Of a stretch of 64,000 bases of DNA, positions 62,944-64,000 are shown piece by piece (within the stretch, counting starts at the first letter, position 1; every line of letters starts with the position of its first letter). The position numbers and the translations under genes are program-made. Origin of the DNA: an uncultured bacterium (GTDB lineage: Bacteria; Krumholzibacteriota; Krumholzibacteriia; LZORAL124-64-63); the NCBI GenBank assembly GCA_963732385.1, contig CAVSZB010000002.1:128001-192000 (forward strand), written 5' to 3'. A model generated the notes under the pieces. That model ran no database searches, was not told the DNA's origin, and saw only the letters and a program-made list of their open reading frames with translations.

Positions 62944-63656
62944 TCACGGCCCCGGTTCGCGGGCCGCCGCGCCGGCTCGGCGGGGCGGCCACGGCGGGGC
63001 CCGGCGCGTCGGCCGGCGCCGGCGCGGAGCGCGGTAGCTGCCGCGCTCCACGCGCTCGAACCAGCCATACGGGTCGCGCGCCAGGATCCGTCCCGCGTTC
63101 GGGGCTGCCGCCTGGCCCGGAGCTACGGCGACCGACGCCGGCCCCGCGGCGCAGGACATCGCGATCCGCATCGCCTCCTGACGGTACGCCGTCATGATCG
63201 GATGCGGGTGGCGCCGCCGGGGGTCGGGTCGCCGCGCCGCCTGGCGTGCTCGGCCAGCAGGCGCGCCGTCCGCCGGCGGTCGCGCGGCGGGCGATACGGG
63301 CCGGGCTCGACCGCGACCTCCACGGCCCGCTGCGGCCCGTGCACTACCAGGAGGCCCGAGTCCGAGGCGCCGGCAGAGGGGCCGGATCCCTCGCCGCCGG
63401 CCGGCGTCGGCCGGGACGGCCAGGTAGACCGTCTCGGCGGCGCGCAGCCGGTCCAGCGCCTGCAGGACGAGCCCGAGCGTGAACCGGAGCTTCAGCTCGA
63501 CGATCACGGGCGGCTCGTCGCCGCGCACGGCCACGACGTCGCAGCCGCCGATCTCGCCCTTGACCTCGTACCCCTCGCGCTCGAGGAACGCCTTGACCGG
63601 CGGGTAGAGATCGACCTCGCTGCGCGGCGCCCTGGCGGGCGGCGGGGCCCCGTCAC
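62944..63656 (-). CDS. DUF2161-like putative PD-(D/E)XK protein (frameshifts)
   Basis: EVDLYPPVKAFLE..GYEVKGEI..CDVVA...IVELK; MTAYRQEA; YGWFERVERG.Y. Confidence 0.8.
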
Positions 63657-64000
63657 GCCACGCCGGCCTCCCGGGAGAACGCCGCGACGATCGCGTCGAG
63701 CTCGCTCGCCACCCCGTCCGGCAGCGGCAGCGGGACGTGGCTCGCCAGCAGCGACCGCGCGCGCTCGCGGGCGCGGTCGCGCGGGGACGGCCGGCCGCCG
63801 GCCTCCCAGTCCTCCCACGTGCCGCGATCGAAGAGGCGCGGCTGCCAGAGCCCCCGCATGTGGCCGACGGTGTGCTCCTCGGCGAGGAAGTTGCCGCCCG
63901 GGCCGACGTCCCCGATGACGTCGACGGCGAGTGTCGCGTCGTCGACCGCGATGCCGCCACCGAGGTGCCGGACGAGCCCGAAGATCTCGGCGTCGAGGAC
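63653..64000 (-). CDS. Trimethylamine methyltransferase (MttB) family, C-terminal part
   Basis: VLDAEI...VDDATLAVDVIGDVGPGGNFLAEEHT...PRLFDRGTWEDWEAGG. Confidence 0.8.
   Translation of the reverse strand, partial: VLDAEIFGLVRHLGGGIAVDDATLAVDVIGDVGPGGNFLAEEHTVGHMRGLWQPRLFDRGTWEDWEAGGRPSPRDRARERARSLLASHVPLPLPDGVASELDAIVAAFSREAGVA

Overview
The window is not one continuous chromosome. It looks like three unrelated sequences joined end to end, each break falling inside a gene. Single-base indels split many ordinary genes in all three parts, so I treat these as sequencing errors rather than pseudogenes. (A) 1-~38009 is a GC-rich Gram-negative region, probably gammaproteobacterial. It holds two TonB-dependent receptors, a GTAG-type REP doublet, a pseudokinase-TonB fusion, a GH17-GT2 NdvB-like gene, a PQQ dehydrogenase, CIA30/fasciclin/katG/oxyR, a VPLPA-CTERM protein next to two tandem dockerin-like-tailed surface proteins, an unannotated 35-aa ORF with C-loop hairpins, an ECF/FecR/TBDR cassette divergent from a hemolysin-family/AMP-ligase/diiron oxidase/SDR/TPR operon, and tamB plus the tamA tail. 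(B) ~38010-~48399 is an AT-rich Clostridia-like region: a NAGPA-domain protein, DUF5693-like, csaB, tagA, msmX-like, CdaR/PucR-like, ftsE and the start of ftsX. (C) ~48400-64000 is a very GC-rich region, possibly Chloroflexota or Actinomycetota: fused TPS/TPP, tRNA-Leu(TAG), Mrp, a polyamine ABC operon with a MerR-XRE-cupin regulator and aminotransferase, hisN-like, class II aldolase, DUF2161-like and an MttB tail. The best candidates for undescribed biology are an exosortase-anchored cohesin/dockerin-like display module (19.0-25.4 kb), repeated poly-C-loop 3' RNA hairpins matching poly-G RBSs, and a synthesise-and-sense pairing (25.9-34.4 kb). All family calls and taxon guesses come from motif recognition by eye; no database search was run.
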